Assembly (NCBI GenBank): GCA_964016885.1
Contig: OZ024751.1
Coordinates: 14,570,001-14,634,000 of the forward strand
Reading direction: 5' to 3'
Origin: Eledone cirrhosa
Taxonomy: Eukaryota
DNA: 64,000 nucleotides
The notes beneath the pieces are model-generated. The model searched no databases and was not told the DNA's origin. It saw nothing but the letters and a program-made list of their open reading frames with translations. Made by a program: the position numbers and the translations under genes. How positions within the stretch are numbered: the stretch's first letter is position 1; every line of letters begins with the position of its first letter. This document shows positions 41,445 to 55,904 of this stretch, piece after piece.

Positions 41445-42112
41445 AACTGGCACTCCGTTGGTTACATCATCATCATCATTTTACGTCTGCTTTTCCCTGC
41501 TTGCAAGGGTGGGACAGGAACTGATTCTGGCTTGGTTTCTACAGCTGGATGCCCTTCCTAACACCAACCTCATTTACAGTGAGTGCTGGGTGCTTTTTTG
41601 CCGTGGCACCTCCACGACCACTTTACAGTGGAATGATAGGGACCCTAGTCCTATCATCTCATTTCTACAGCTGAGTAAACTGGAGCAATGTGAAATAAAG
41701 TCTCTTGCTCAAGGAAACAACATCACCCAGTCTGAGAATTGAACTCACAACCTTTCGATTGCAAGGCCAATGCTCTAACCACTCAGCCATGTGCCTCCAT
41801 TACGAAGACAAGTATTCCAATTGATACGATCAATGGAACAGCCTGCTTGAGAAATTAACATGTAAGTGGCTGAGCATTCCATAAACACGCGTACCCTTAA
41901 TGTAGTTCTTAGGGAGATTCAGCATGACATCGAACTTGACAAGGCTGGCCCTTCGAATTATAGGTATAACTCAATTTTGTCAGCTAAGTAAACTAGAACA
42001 ATGGGAAATAAAGTGTCTTGCTCAAGGACACAATTCGCTCCCCGGGAATCAAACTCATGGACTTACGATTGTGAGCCGAATACACTAACCACAGAAGCAC
42101 ATGCCTTCATGT
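41445..42112 (-). mobile_element. SINE family D interrupted by SINE A (41466-41798)
   Basis: Flanks join to the reverse complement of 61625-61958; ttac duplicated at 41462-41465 and 41800-41803. Confidence 0.8.
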
Positions 42113-42169
42113 AATATGTATGTCTAATGTGTAACATACATGTCTAATGTGTAACATGAATGTAATGTC

Positions 42170-42590
42170 TTTTACATGTATTAACATGTAACATGTATTA
42201 ACATGTAACATTTATTAACATGTAACATTTATTAACATGTAACATGTATTAACATGTAACATGTATTAACATTAACATGTATTAACATGTAACATGTATT
42301 AACATGTAACATGTATTAACATGTAACATACATTAACATGTATTAACATGTAACATTTATTAACATGTAACATGTATTAACATGTAACATTTATTAACAT
42401 GTAACATTTATTAACATGTAACATGTATCAACATGTAACATGTATCAACATGTAACATGTATCAACATGTAACATGTATTAACATGTAACATGTATTAAC
42501 ATTAACATGTATTAACATGTAACATGTATTAACATGTAACATACATTAACATGTATTAACATGTAACATTTATTAACATGTATTAATATG
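42170..42590. repeat. 17-bp minisatellite (taacatgtaacatgtat)n
   Basis: Direct reading. Confidence 0.9.
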
Positions 42591-43099
42591 TGACATGTAA
42601 TATGTATTTTACACATATTTAGAAGTTAGGTTACTATATTGCTGTTGTACATTTTGTCCAATAAATACAATTATATCTACATAGAAATATTTTGAATTGA
42701 GTCTTGTGAATATACTTTTAATTTGTGTGTATGTGTGTGTGTTAGAATGGGTGTTTAAAACACCATGGTATTTAAAACATTCACATTTTAACTGAATAAG
42801 CACTCAATACATGTAGGTAGTGTGTAAATTTTGTTTTCTTAGTAGAAAAGTGATAGTGACAGTTTTAGCTTGTTCACTTCATCTGACTCTCCCTATATCC
42901 CTTTAATATATATATATATATATACACGGTTAATGTTAGGAAGGGCCCCCCAGCCACAGAAACCAAGCCAAAATCAATTCTGTGTGAGTGAAACACAGTT
43001 CTTAGACCTGGATCTCTCACAATGGGATAGCCCTTCCTTCCCATGCTAGCATGGAAAATGGACATTAAGCGATGATGACAATGATATATATATATATAT

Positions 43100-43283
43100 A
43101 ATTGTTTCTACTTTTGGCACAAGGCCAGCAATTACCCAGTGTATTACTGGTACTTTATTTTATCGACCCCGTAAGGATGAAAGGCAAAGTCAACCTCGGC
43201 GGGATTTGAACTCGGAATGGCAAGGGACGTAACTCTTTGCGCCAAGGCATGGCGTCCGACCCTCTACCGATACTGCCAATCCA
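43100..43283 (-). mobile_element. SINE family B
   Basis: rc of ttggcagtatcggtagag...gagttcaaatcccgccgaggttgactttgcctttcatccttacggggtcgataaaataaagtaccag; other copies at 35428, 52755, 57558, 58230, 60398. Confidence 0.85.
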
Positions 43284-43569
43284 ATTATTTCTGATTTAGG
43301 CACAAGACCAACAATTTTTTTTTGGGGGGGGGGGGGGAGAAAGTCAATTAAATCAACACCCGTAGTTAACTGGTACTTTCTTTAATCAACCATGGAAAGT
43401 TGAAAGACCTCAGCAGGGTTTGAACTTAGGATGTAACTAAATAGTGTAAAATATTTGGTTCAACATTATTAAAAACTCATATGTTACACTGTTGGAACTA
43501 AGTTTAACAGCACTGATGTTATATCTATCTTTACATGGGGTTTGTATATCTGTGGAGAGGGGGGGGGGG

Positions 43570-43811
43570 TATGTGTGTGAGAGAGTGTGTGTGAGAGTGT
43601 GTTGGAGAGTGTGTGTGAGAGAGTGTATGAGACAGTGTGTGTGAGGGTGAGAGAGAGAGAGTGTGTGTGAGAGTGTATGAGAGAGAGAGTGTGTGAGAGA
43701 AGGAGAGAGAGAGTGTGTGTGTCTGAGTATATATGTGTGAGAGAGTGTGTGTGTGGATGTGAGTATATATATGTGTGAGAGAGAGAGTGTGTGTGTGTGT
43801 CTGAGTATATA

Positions 43812-43851
<40 letters not shown>

Positions 43852-43961
43852 TGTGTGTGTCTGAGTATATATGTGTGTGAGAGAGAGAGAGAGAATGTGT
43901 GTGTGTCTGAGTATATATGTGTGTGAGAGAGAGAGAGAGAGTGTGTGTGTCTGAGTATATA

Positions 43962-44001
<40 letters not shown>

Positions 44002-44623
44002 TGTGTGTGTCTGAGTATATATGTGTGTGAGAGAGAGAGAGAGAATGTGTGTGTGTCTGAGTATATATGTGTGTGAGAGAGAGAGAGAGAGTGTGTGTGT
44101 CTGAGTATATATGTGTGTGTGAGAGAGAGAGAGAGAATGTGTGTGTCTGAGTATATATGTGTGTGAGAGTGTGTGTGTGCGTCTGTCTGTGTGGATGTGA
44201 GTATATATATGAGAGAGAGAGTGTGTGTGTGTGTGTGGATGTGAGTATATATGTGTGAGAGAGAGTGTGTGGATGTGAGTATATGTGTGTGTGAGAGAGT
44301 GTGTGTGTGTGGATGTGAGTATATACGTGCGTGAGAAAGAGTGTGTGTGTGGATGTGAGTATATACGTGCGTGAGAAAGAGTGTGTGTGTGGATGTGAGT
44401 ATATATGTGTGTGAGAGAGAGTGTGTGTGTGGATGTGAGTATATATGTGTGTGAGAGAGAGTGTGTGTGAGTATATATGTGCGTGAGAGAGATAGTGTGT
44501 GTGGATGTGAGTATATATGTGTGTGAGAGAGAGAGTGTGTGTGGATGTGAGTATATATGTGTGTGAGAGAGAGAGTGTGTGTGTGGATGTGAGTATATAT
44601 ATGTGTGTGAGAGAGAGAGAGAG

Positions 44624-44655
<32 letters not shown>

Positions 44656-44824
44656 GATATGAGTATATATGTGTGTGAGAGAGAGTGTGTGTGTGTGGAT
44701 GTGAGTATATATATGTGAGAGAGAGAGAGAGAGAGAGAGTGTGTGTGTGTGTGGATATGAGTATATATGTGTGTGAGAGAGAGTGTGTGTGTGTGGATGT
44801 GAGTATATATGTGTGAGAGAGAGA

Positions 44825-44857
<33 letters not shown>

Positions 44858-45040
44858 GATATGAGTATATATGTGTGTGAGAGAGTGTGTGAGTGTGGAT
44901 GTGAGTATATATGTGTGAGAGAGAGAGAGTGTGTGTGAGAGAGTGTGTGTGTGTGGATGTGAGTATATATGTGTGAGAGAGAGAGAGAGTGTGTGTGTGT
45001 GTGTGTGTGTGGATATGAGTATATATGTGTATGAGAGAGA
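43570..45040. repeat. Compound (GA)/(GT) minisatellite with gagtatatat anchor
   Basis: Direct reading. Confidence 0.9.
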
Positions 45041-45263
45041 AATAATTAGATAATTTACAAGAAACTTTAAAAGATTAAATTTTTTTAATTAATTAATTTT
45101 AGATATTGCTAGAGATACTTTTACTTCTATGTTATCATTGAAATATATTTTCACACAATCTGTCTGTCTGTCTGTCTGTCTCCTTTGAGTAGCCCCCCCC
45201 CCCCCCTCTCTGTAACTATGCCCTTATCATTAAAATATATTTTCAGTCTGTATATATGTATTT

Positions 45264-45320
<57 letters not shown>

Positions 45321-45323
45321 TAT

Positions 45324-45357
<34 letters not shown>

Positions 45358-45441
45358 GTATATACACACACACACGTTTGTGTATGTGACTGTATATTGT
45401 GGGTGTGTCTCACATCACTATACCACACTGTGTAGATGTGA

Positions 45442-45523
<82 letters not shown>

Positions 45524-46111
45524 ACGTTCGCTTCAGAGTTACTGAAAGTATGTGATGAGGTGTTAGATATGAGGGAGGGGGGGGGGGGCAGTGATCATAT
45601 TTCCAAAGATGGGAATAAATATTTAGAGAGAGAGAGAGAATGAGGAAGAGAGAGAGGTGAGAATGAGTGAGAGAGATGAGAATGAGAGAGGGAGAATGAG
45701 AGAGGTGAGAATAAGGAAGAGAGAGGTGAGAATGAGAGAGAGAGAGAGTGAGGAAGAGAGAGAGAGAGAGAGTGAGATAGAGAGAGGAGAAGAGTTTGAG
45801 GAGAGCAGTGTTAGCTGTAGGGTACATTGTTTGGACAGGTGGCCTTGTTGGTGAGATGTGGCCTGGAGGTCTTTGGAACTTAGAATGTTTCTCTCTCTCT
45901 GTATATGTGTGTGTGTGTGTGTATATATATATATGTGTGTGTGTGTGTGTATATATATGTGTGTGTGTATATATATGTGTGTGTATATATATATATGTGT
46001 GTATATATATATATGTGTGTGTGTATATATGTTTGTGTGTATATGTGTGTGTGTGTATATATGTGTGTGTGTGTGTATATGTGTGTGTGTATATATATGT
46101 GTGTATATATA

Positions 46112-46144
<33 letters not shown>

Positions 46145-46236
46145 GTGTGTGTGTGCGGCGGTATAGTCGATGGTGTGAAAGATTGAGATAGTCTGTGAAT
46201 TACACATACACACACTCAGATATATTTGTTTTCAAT

Positions 46237-46298
<62 letters not shown>

Positions 46299-47091
46299 GT
46301 GTGCTCTGACACATATACAGATACATACACAATGTGCTCTTATACGCACACATACATAGTGTGCACTTACACACACACATACATACATAGAGATATATAG
46401 TGCACTCTTTCTCTCACATACACACACACACAGACATACAGATACATAGTGTGCTCTCTCTCTCACACATACACACAGATACAAGGTGTGCTCTCTCTCT
46501 CTCCCTCTCACATACATACAAACATACAGATACATGGTGAGTTCTTACTCAAACACATACATACAGACACACAAACACATACAGACACACAAACATACAG
46601 ATACATGGTGAGTTCTTACACACATACATACATACATACACACACACAAACATACAGATACATGGTGAGTTCTTACACACATACATAGACACATGGTGAG
46701 TTCTTACACATATACATACATACAGACACATGGTGAGTTCTTACACACATACATACAGACACACAAACATACAGACACATGGTGAGTTCTTACACACAAA
46801 CATAGACACATGGTGAGTTCTTACACAAACATACAGACACATGGTGAGTTCTTACACAAACACATACATACATACATACAGATACATAGTGTGCTCTTTC
46901 TACCCCACCCCCTCTACATCCAGTAATTATAGAATATTTGTTTGTAGGAGGGAGAAAAAAAAACTTATTTAACCTTTTCATGACCATTTATTTAATGGAA
47001 TATATTGTATGGGAATTGATTATTGAAGAATTTGGAGAGATTTACTAACGTTATTAATTATTAGTGGAGGTATGTGGCTTAGTGGTTAGAG

Positions 47092-47228
47092 CAGGGTTTC
47101 CCAAACTTTTTCAACTGCAGAACCTTTTGGGTGAACCCCAAAGTCTAATACTGTTATATGGTCGTAATATAAATATACTTCTCTACTTTTTTTCAGGGAA
47201 CCCCAGGCACTCATTTTGGGAACCACTG
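47092..47228. mobile_element. hAT MITE (137 bp) with perfect 8-bp TSD, nested in the SINE E head
   Basis: ggttagag|cagggtttcccaaa...tttgggaaccactg|ggttagag. Confidence 0.9.
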
Positions 47229-47739
47229 GGTTAGAGAATTGGATTCACAATTGTGAGGATGTGAATCTGATTCTTGGGTTCAGCATTGCATTGTGACCTT
47301 GAGCAAAACACTTTACTTCACTTTGCTCCTTCTGCCAAGAGTTACAACCGGTAGATTAATATTAGCAATTGGAAAGACCAATAGAAACATTGTTTCCTTG
47401 GTTTGATCTGAGGTGTTCCACCTCACTTGGTAAGTAAATGAGGTCTGTCGGTTTGTTGATTAATAATTATAAAGCATCAGGCAAATAAATGTTTATTAGT
47501 AATTGTTCTGGTTCTGCTTTACATTCTGAGTACAAATCCTGCAAAGGCCAACTTTGCCTTTCATCCTTCTGAGGTCGAGGTTGGTAAAATAAAGTTACCA
47601 GTTAAGTACTAAGGTTATTATAATCGACTTGTTCCCTCATACCTCAAATTACAGGCCTATTGTTAAGATTGGTATTTATAACCTAACATATGGCTCTTAT
47701 ATCAAATTATGTTGGAAGGTTTCAAATTTAAATAGACCA

Positions 47740-48100
47740 GATTTTACAGGCAAAACCAGCCGGTAGGAAACCCAGAAATAGATCCCAAGCAAGATGATTG
47801 TATAACATTTATGAGCTTGGCTGGTTTCACTTGGGCATCCGGCTGGATCAATTGGAAATGATTGCTTCTGTCAGAACCCTCTGCAAGGGGTGCTTGAGGA
47901 CTGCCCAAACAACCTTTCCCAGAATAAATGGGACGGTTGGATAGCATCTATGAACTAGGTTGGTCTCACATGAGGATCCAGCCAGATCAATTGGAAACGG
48001 TTGCTTCTGCCAGAACCTGCTAGAAGGAGAGCTTGAAGACTCTGCCCTCAACGACCTTTCCCAGGAATAAGTGGGCGAAAGAATAAGAATAAAAATAAAA
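47740..48100 (+). mobile_element. Expander/Rex3-like RTE 3' end with a diverged tandem duplication of its terminus
   Basis: Translates AKPAGRKPRNRSQAR*LYNIYELGWFHLGIRLDQLEMIA; ~130-bp unit repeated. Confidence 0.5.
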
Positions 48101-48203
48101 CCCTTAAAAATGAATGATTTTGTTTCAGGTTTTGGGTTTTGGGAAGGTTGGTATTAAAACGATTAAATCAGAAACAAATACTGAGATGAATGACTAAACA
48201 CAC

Positions 48204-48243
<40 letters not shown>

Positions 48244-48529
48244 CGAAGACGAAGATGATGATAATTGATTAAACCTCATTAAGATATGAGATTTTAATTA
48301 ACAGTGAAAAGATACAAGAAGAAGCAACCCAACACACATTAAGGGAGGGTGGAAGGAGAGGAGGAAGGTAGTTGCCATTGAGACAGTAACTATGGATATT
48401 AATATAAACAGCAGCAGCCACACTTTAAGGTAATGTGTTGTGACAGGAGGGGGGGGGGGAGAAGGTTAAGTGAATAACTGAAAAGAACACAAGGGAGTAT
48501 GTATGTATAAATATATATATATATATATA

Positions 48530-48582
48530 TGTGTGTATGTGCAGTCTGTATATGTGTGTGTATGAGTATAATACACACACAC

Positions 48583-48636
<54 letters not shown>

Positions 48637-48693
48637 AGTCTGTATATGTGCAGTCTGTATATGTGTTTGTATGAGTATAATACACACACGCAC

Positions 48694-48743
<50 letters not shown>

Positions 48744-48785
48744 AGTCTGTATATGTGTGTGTATGAGTATAATACACACACGCAC

Positions 48786-48827
<42 letters not shown>

Positions 48828-48876
48828 AGTCTGTATATGTGTGTGTATGAGTATAATACACACACGCACATATGTG

Positions 48877-48916
<40 letters not shown>

Positions 48917-48955
48917 CTGTATATGTGTTTGTATGAGTATAATACACACACGCAC

Positions 48956-49009
<54 letters not shown>

Positions 49010-49120
49010 AGTCTGTATATGTGTGTGTATGAGTATAATACACACACGCACATATGTGTGTGTGCGTGTGTGTGTGTGTGTGCAGTCTGTATATGTGTTT
49101 GTATGAGTATAATACACACG

Positions 49121-49161
<41 letters not shown>

Positions 49162-49204
49162 ATGTGCAGTCTGTATATGTGTTTGTATGAGTATAATACA
49201 CACG

Positions 49205-49259
<55 letters not shown>

Positions 49260-49304
49260 ATGTGCAGTCTGTATATGTGTTTGTATGAGTATAATACACA
49301 CACG

Positions 49305-49310
<6 letters not shown>
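48530..49310. repeat. Minisatellite tgcagtctgtatatgtg...tatgagtataatacacac with embedded (TG)n/(TA)n
   Basis: Direct reading. Confidence 0.9.
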
Positions 49311-49360
<50 letters not shown>

Positions 49361-49969
49361 CCATATATATATATATATAAATATACACACACATACACAC
49401 ACACACACACACACACATCATTCCTTAATTTTAACAATTTGCTTCCATGAGCATAAATTCCTTAAATAGCAGAAAGGTGTGAGTGAAAGAGGAAGTAAAT
49501 ATAGGTGTTAGGTATGTGTAGAGTGTATGGAGGGTGGCTGTATGTGCATGTGTATATATATGCATTTATGTGTGCAGGTGCATATATATGCGTGTGTGTA
49601 TGTGTGAGTGTATATATGTGTGCTTGTGGGTGTATATATATATATATATCATCATCATCACCGTTTTACGTCCGTTCTTCCATGCTAGCATGGGGTGTGT
49701 ATGTGTGTATGTGCGTGTGTGTATGGGTTGGTGATTATAGGGTTTTCAGTTCAGTTTTTAAATAAGGTTAATCAGTATTTCCAGGGTTTAAAGTTTGGTT
49801 GGTTTAGGTTCTGGTTATAGAGCTTATTGTTTAGTCTATATAGGCTTGTTGGGGGTTTATGATCGGGGAATATTGCTTGTGGCTGCTTGGTCACTGCAGA
49901 ATATTATTATACAGAAACTACGTAATACCACAGCTACAGTATGAAATATACATCCAGTGAAGCCCCCCT

Positions 49970-50215
49970 GGCCCACACTGTGATGGCGACAAAAAGCACC
50001 CAGTCCACACTGTAAAGTGGTTGTGTAGGTGTCACAACAAAAAGCGCCCAGCCCACACTGTTAAGTGGTCTTATAGGTGTCATGACAAAAAGCACCTAGC
50101 CCACGCTGTAAAGTGATTGTGTTGGTGACAACAAAAAGCACCCACTACCCACTGTAAATGAGGTTGCCGTTAGGAAGGGCATCCAATCTGTAGAAACCAA
50201 GCCACAATCAGTTAT
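49970..50215 (+). mobile_element. RTE/SINE 3' tail fragment with tandem aaaaagcacccagtccacactgtaaagtgg subrepeats
   Basis: 4-5 subrepeats followed by ttaggaagggcatcca. Confidence 0.65.
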
Positions 50216-51430
50216 GTATGTGCACCACGGCACTGCTTCACAACCACTGACAATATGTCACCACTACAAACAGACCTAAGACCACCACCACCACCACCAC
50301 CATCTCACAACCACTGACACCACCCTGACAATATGTCACCACTACAAACAGACCTAAGACCACCACCACCACCACCACCACCACTGACACCACCCTGACA
50401 ATATGTCACCACTACAAACAGACCTAAGACCACCACCACCACCATCTCACAACCACTGACACCACCCTGACAATATGTCACCACTACAAACAGACCTGAG
50501 ACCACCACCACCACCATCATATATAACACCCCAGCATGTGTTTTGTAACAATGGTATATGGAATTGTTTCAGGAGTGGGGCAACAGGTGTAGTGTGGGGT
50601 GTATAATAAGGGTGATTATGAGGGGTGAAGGGCTGGTGTGTAGCTAGTGCAATAAGAAGGGGAGAAGGGCTAATTGGAAAGTGGTGTGGGAGTGAGAGGG
50701 GAGCGAAGAGAGGAAGTAGTGGGTGGGGAAGGTGGTAAAGAGGAAATGGTGGTGGGGTGGTTGGTATAGACGGGAAGGGGTGGGGGTAATGTTATACACC
50801 TCCACACCACCCTCGTCCCCTCGCTTGAGATTACTTACAGGAAATATCTTTTAAGGCAAATTTTTATAAGACATTTTCACATGACTATACATGTGTGTGT
50901 GTGTGTGTATATAAATATATACACACACACACACACACACACATTTGATGTTTACCACAGGTTTTCAGCAGTAAGTTATTTGGAATAGTTTCTTTGGGGT
51001 CATGGAGTACAGAATGTGTAAGTGGTGATGGTGATGAGGGTACTAGTGCTGCTGGTGGTGCTGGTTGTAGCAGTGCTAGTACTGGCTGTAATAGTTACGG
51101 TAGTGGTAGTAGTGTGGTAGTGGTAGTAGTGCTGGTAGTGGTAGTAGTGTTGGTAGTGGTAGTAGTGGTGCTGGTAGTAGTAGTGCTGGTAGTGGTAGTA
51201 GTGTGGTAGTGGTAGTAGTGGTAGTAGTGTTGGTAGTGGTAGTAGTGTTGGTAGTGGTAGTAGTGGTGCTGGTAGTAGTAGTGCTGGTAGTGGTAGTAGC
51301 GGCTACTGTAGTATTAAAGAACACTGCAATAGCAGTTGTTGTTTAACCCCAGGTCAACCCTGATCAAACAGACATATACCCAAAAGTGTTCCAGTCATGA
51401 CCATTTAATCATTCTGTGTCTGTATCTTAA

Positions 51431-51686
51431 CCCTTTCGTTTCCATATTTCTAATGAATGACTGCTGATAATTTTGTTTAAAAAGTAATGAAAATAATCGA
51501 GAATTTGGAGGAATTTAGTAATGCAACTTTCTGCTTGTTAAATTGGTGTTTTCGGAACCTAACTTAACAAAGGTTCTTGGACAAAATAATGATGGCTGGT
51601 TTCTAGATAAATATAAACACTAAATACATTAAAGGTTTTGTGTCATAGAACTAGAAGCAGTTTTAAGCAGTTTGGTATCAAAAGGG
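51431..51686. mobile_element. piggyBac-type MITE, second family
   Basis: TTAA|CCCTTT...AAAGGG|TTAA; body unrelated to the 22615 family. Confidence 0.7.
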
Positions 51687-52023
51687 TTAAGAAATCTTTG
51701 TGACAAGTTGTTCCAGATGTGAGCAGTCCTATGGTCAAAGATGTTCCAGATGCAACTGGAACAATCCATTACACCCAGAACTACATCACTTAGAAGAACA
51801 GACGGACAGGTTGTGTCAACAATTTAATGTAGGGAATATTTAGTTTAATAGTAGGTAGATAGACAGATAGATAGATAGATTGGCAGATATAGATGGATGG
51901 ATGGATGGATGGATGGATGGATGGCCACATAGACAGGTGGATAGATAGACGAATAGGTTGTGTCAACAAGTTAATGCAGGAAATATTAAGTCTAATGGCA
52001 AGTATATATATATATATATGTAT

Positions 52024-52368
52024 GGAGGCACATGGCTTAGTGGTTAGAGCATTGGCCTTGCAATCGAAAGGTTGTGAGTTCAATTCTCAGACCGGGTGAT
52101 GTGTTGTTTCCTTGAACAAGGCACTTTATTTCACATTGCTCCAGTTTACTCAGCTGTAGAAATGAGATGATAGGGACTGGGGTCCCTATCATTCCACTGC
52201 AAAGTGGTCGTGGAGGTGCCCACGGCAAAAAAGCACCCAGCACTCACTGTAAATGAGGTTGGTGTTAGGAAGGGCATCCAGCTGTAGAAATCAAGCCAGA
52301 ATCAGTTCCTGTCCCACCCTTGCAAGCAGGGAAAAGCGGACGTAAAATGAAATGAATGAATGAAATGA
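52024..52368 (+). mobile_element. Full-length SINE A with (GAAT)n tail
   Basis: Matches the family consensus. Confidence 0.92.
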
Positions 52369-52398
52369 ATATATAGATAGACAGACGGACAGCCAGAT

Positions 52399-52741
52399 AT
52401 CATCATCATCATCATCATTTTAGGTCCGCTTTTCCCTGCTTGCAAGGGTGGGACGGGAACTGATTCTGGCTTGATTTCTACAGCTGGATGCCCTTCCTAA
52501 CACCAACCTCATTTTACAGTGAGTACTGGGTGCTTTTTTTCCGTGGCACCTCCACGACCACTTTGCAGTGGAATGATAGGGACCCCAGTCCCTATCATCT
52601 CATTTCTACAGCTGAGTAAACTGGAGCAATGTGAAATAAAGTGTCTTGCTCAAGGAAACAACACATCACCCGGTCTGAGAATTGAACTCACAACCTTTCG
52701 ATTGCAAGGCCAATGCTCTAACCACTAAGCCATGTGCCTCC
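52399..52741 (-). mobile_element. Full-length SINE A, tail-to-tail with the previous copy
   Basis: Matches the family consensus, reverse orientation. Confidence 0.92.
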
Positions 52742-53799
52742 ATAAATATATAGAGTTTCTACTTTTGGCACAAGGCCAGCGATTACCCCAGTGCATCACT
52801 GGTACTTTATTTTATCGACCTTGTAAGGATGAAAGGCAAAGTTAACCTCGGCGGATTTGAACTCAAAACGCAAAGGGCCATAACTCTATGCTGCAAAGCA
52901 TGGTGTCTGACGCTCTACCGATACAGCCAATCCACCGTCCTGATATATAAATAGATAAAATATGTTAACACTAATTAACCTATGTAGTTATCATTAAAAA
53001 GTGGGGGGAGAGGGAGGGGTGGGAGAGAGTGGGGGGAGTCGAGAGAGGGGGGAGTCGAGAGAGAGGGGAGAGAGAGAGATAAATCAATACAGAGATAGTT
53101 ATGGTTGTGTCAATATAATTAATTAATGTAAGGAATACTAAATGACTAATTAGAAATAGTTATGTGGTGAGAAAAAGATAACATGAGTTAATGATGAAAT
53201 ATTGTTTTAATTAGTTCAACAAGTATAAGCAAAGATGTGGCTGTGGAGTTAAATAGTTCAGTTCGCTACCACACAGGTTCGGGCTTGGTCCTACTGTGTG
53301 GCACCTTGGACAGTCTTGGACTGACCAATACCTTGTCACGGAAATTGATATATGGAAACATTGTAGAAATCCATTGCTTCCTACAGGTACAGGCTGAAGC
53401 TGAAGCATATATACAATATGCCCCACCTCACCCTCCCAGACATCCCCACACGAGGACAGCCCGAAGTATGCATTTAGCCCCCACTCGACACTGTAAGGAG
53501 GTCATGTAGGTGTCACGACAAAAAATCACCTAGTACTCACTGTAAATGAGGTTAGCATTAGGAAGGGCATCCGGCTGTAGAAATCAAGCCAAAGTCAGTT
53601 CTGTATGAGCAAACCATGGTCACCTGACTAGCATTGCTCACAACCGGACAACTCATCTAACCCATGCTAGCGTGGAAGAATGAACGTAAAATGGTGATGG
53701 TGATGATTGTCTCTTCATGTGTTTTCAGTTTGTATTGGACAGTTGGTGATATTTTTTTATGTTTTTATGTCCCACATAAATAAATGTTCCACAGCTAAA

Positions 53800-54360
53800 A
53801 GCCTTATAATTGCAGCAGAAGACCAAACTCTTGCTACCAATTTGGTGAAGTATAATATCTAGAAAAGCTTCTGACATCCAGACTGTGTGAAAAGAATGTG
53901 GAAAATGTAACCCACTTGGTAAGTGGATGTGAAAACCCTGTGCAAAAAGAATACAAGCGCCGCCATGATAAAGTCTGTTTGTCTCTTCATTGGCTGTTAT
54001 GTCGTAAATACCAATATGAAGTAATAGAGAATTGGTATAAGCATGTGCCTTGTAAAGTAATGCAGGAGGATGGGAAAGTAACAATATTCTGGGATTATGA
54101 TTCTCAGACTGATAAAGTAATTGAGCATTGCCAAACAAACATTATTGTATTGAACAACGAAGATAAATACTGTCAAATCATAGACACAGCCATACCAAAT
54201 GACATGAATATTGCAAGAGGTTGGAAAAAAAAAATCACCAAATAATCAGAATTGAAAGTGGAGATGTCGTGACTGTTTGGAATGCGAGATGGAGGGTAAT
54301 GTGAAAATGATACCAGTTGTGATCAGGGTATCAGAGTCAATCTCATTGAAACTCCAAAAC
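53800..54360 (+). pseudogene. Degenerate RLE-type (R4/Dong-like) LINE C-terminal fragment: zinc knuckle and restriction-like endonuclease
   Basis: ENVTHLVSGC...EYKRRHDKV...LHWLLC...IFWD...QTDKVIEH..NIIV...IIDTAIPND; stops and frameshifts on both sides. Confidence 0.75.
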
Positions 54361-54367
54361 TTCTTAA

Positions 54368-54574
54368 CCCTTTAGCATTTAAACCGGCCATAATCCCCTC
54401 ACCTTTTTCTGTTTAAACCAACTGTAACCAGCTGCTCATACTGATGTTAAGGTATTGTGCTCAAAATATATAATATCAAAATCTCATAGATTCCATATTA
54501 TGTGAGATAATTATGTGAAAGTGTTTACCGTGAAAATTCAATAGTAAATATAAAGTAATGTAAATGCTAACGGA
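54368..54574. mobile_element. piggyBac-type MITE
   Basis: TTAA|CCCTTTAGCATTTA...TAAATGCTAACGGA|TTAA. Confidence 0.75.
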
Positions 54575-55489
54575 TTAAAATGGTTGAGAATACCATGCAA
54601 GAATTGATGTCATAGAAAAATCAGCTTTGTAGGGTATGTCACACATTTTAAGGAAAGTATTATCTGTCCGAGTGCCTTGTTGTGACTTGACAGATGACTA
54701 AATACTCCATCCAGTGCAAAGATCAATACTTTATATGCAAAAACAAACAAGGGTTTGGCATCAGGAAAGGTATCAGACCATAGAATGATTTTGTTCAATC
54801 CATGCTGGCATGGAAAAGCAGATGTAAAAACGAAATCATCATTATCATCACAATCATCTTTGGACATTTTACCTCAACACCCCCACCTCCAAATAACCCA
54901 AATAACATTACTTTAACACATATTATGTGTCGAAACACAGAAACACAAACAGATACAGACACACACACAAACCCACATATACTGACATACATACACAGAT
55001 ACTTACAGACACACAGTAAGTCTTTTTATTTAATGAATGTATGTTATGTCAGCTGTGTGATTTCACAGTTACTCTTCATTAAGCTGTTTCACTTAATGTA
55101 ATCTCTACCCCTTCCCCCATATATATCTCTCTCACACACACACACCCATGCCTCTCTCACTCACACACCTCCAATGCCTCTCACACACACCTCATGCCTC
55201 TCTCTCTCTCTCTCTCACACACACATTTCCCATGCCTGTCTCTCTCTCTCAGACACCTTCCATGTCTGTCTGTCTAACAATCTCTCACACACCCCTCTCA
55301 TGTCTGTCCCTATCCCCACCCCTCTCATGTCTGTCCCTCTCCCCACCCCACACACCTCCCACAGAGTCTCATGTTTGTATGGCTGTCATTTAAATATCTA
55401 TGTTTGCCTCTTACAAATATTCAACAAGAGCTATATGTATGTGTGTATATATATATGTATATGTACACACACACATACATTATATAATA

Positions 55490-55825
55490 TCATCATCATC
55501 ATCATTTACGTCCGTCCGCTTTTCCCTGCTTGCAAGGGTGCTGACGGGAACTGATTCTGGCTTGATTTCTACAGCTGGATGCCCTTCCTAACACCAACCT
55601 CATTTACAGTGAGTGCTGGGTGCTTTTTTACCGTGGCACCTACACGACCACTTTACAGTGGAATGATAGGGACCCCAGTCCCTATCATCTCATTTCTACA
55701 GCTGAGTAAACTGAAGCAATGTGAAATAAAGTGTCTTGCTCAAGGAAACAACACATCACCTGGTCTGAGAATTGAACTCACAACCTTTCGATTGCAAGGC
55801 CAATGCTCTAACCACTAAGCCATGT
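55490..55825 (-). mobile_element. SINE family A
   Basis: Matches the family consensus. Confidence 0.88.
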
Positions 55826-55873
55826 ATATAGCCTCCTATATATAAATATATATATATACACACACACACACAT

Positions 55874-55904
<31 letters not shown>

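Noticed and set aside
46520-46860. Tandem repeat containing ATG|GTGAGT splice-donor consensus
   Set aside because: On the strand opposite to the host gene and part of a minisatellite; no exon evidence
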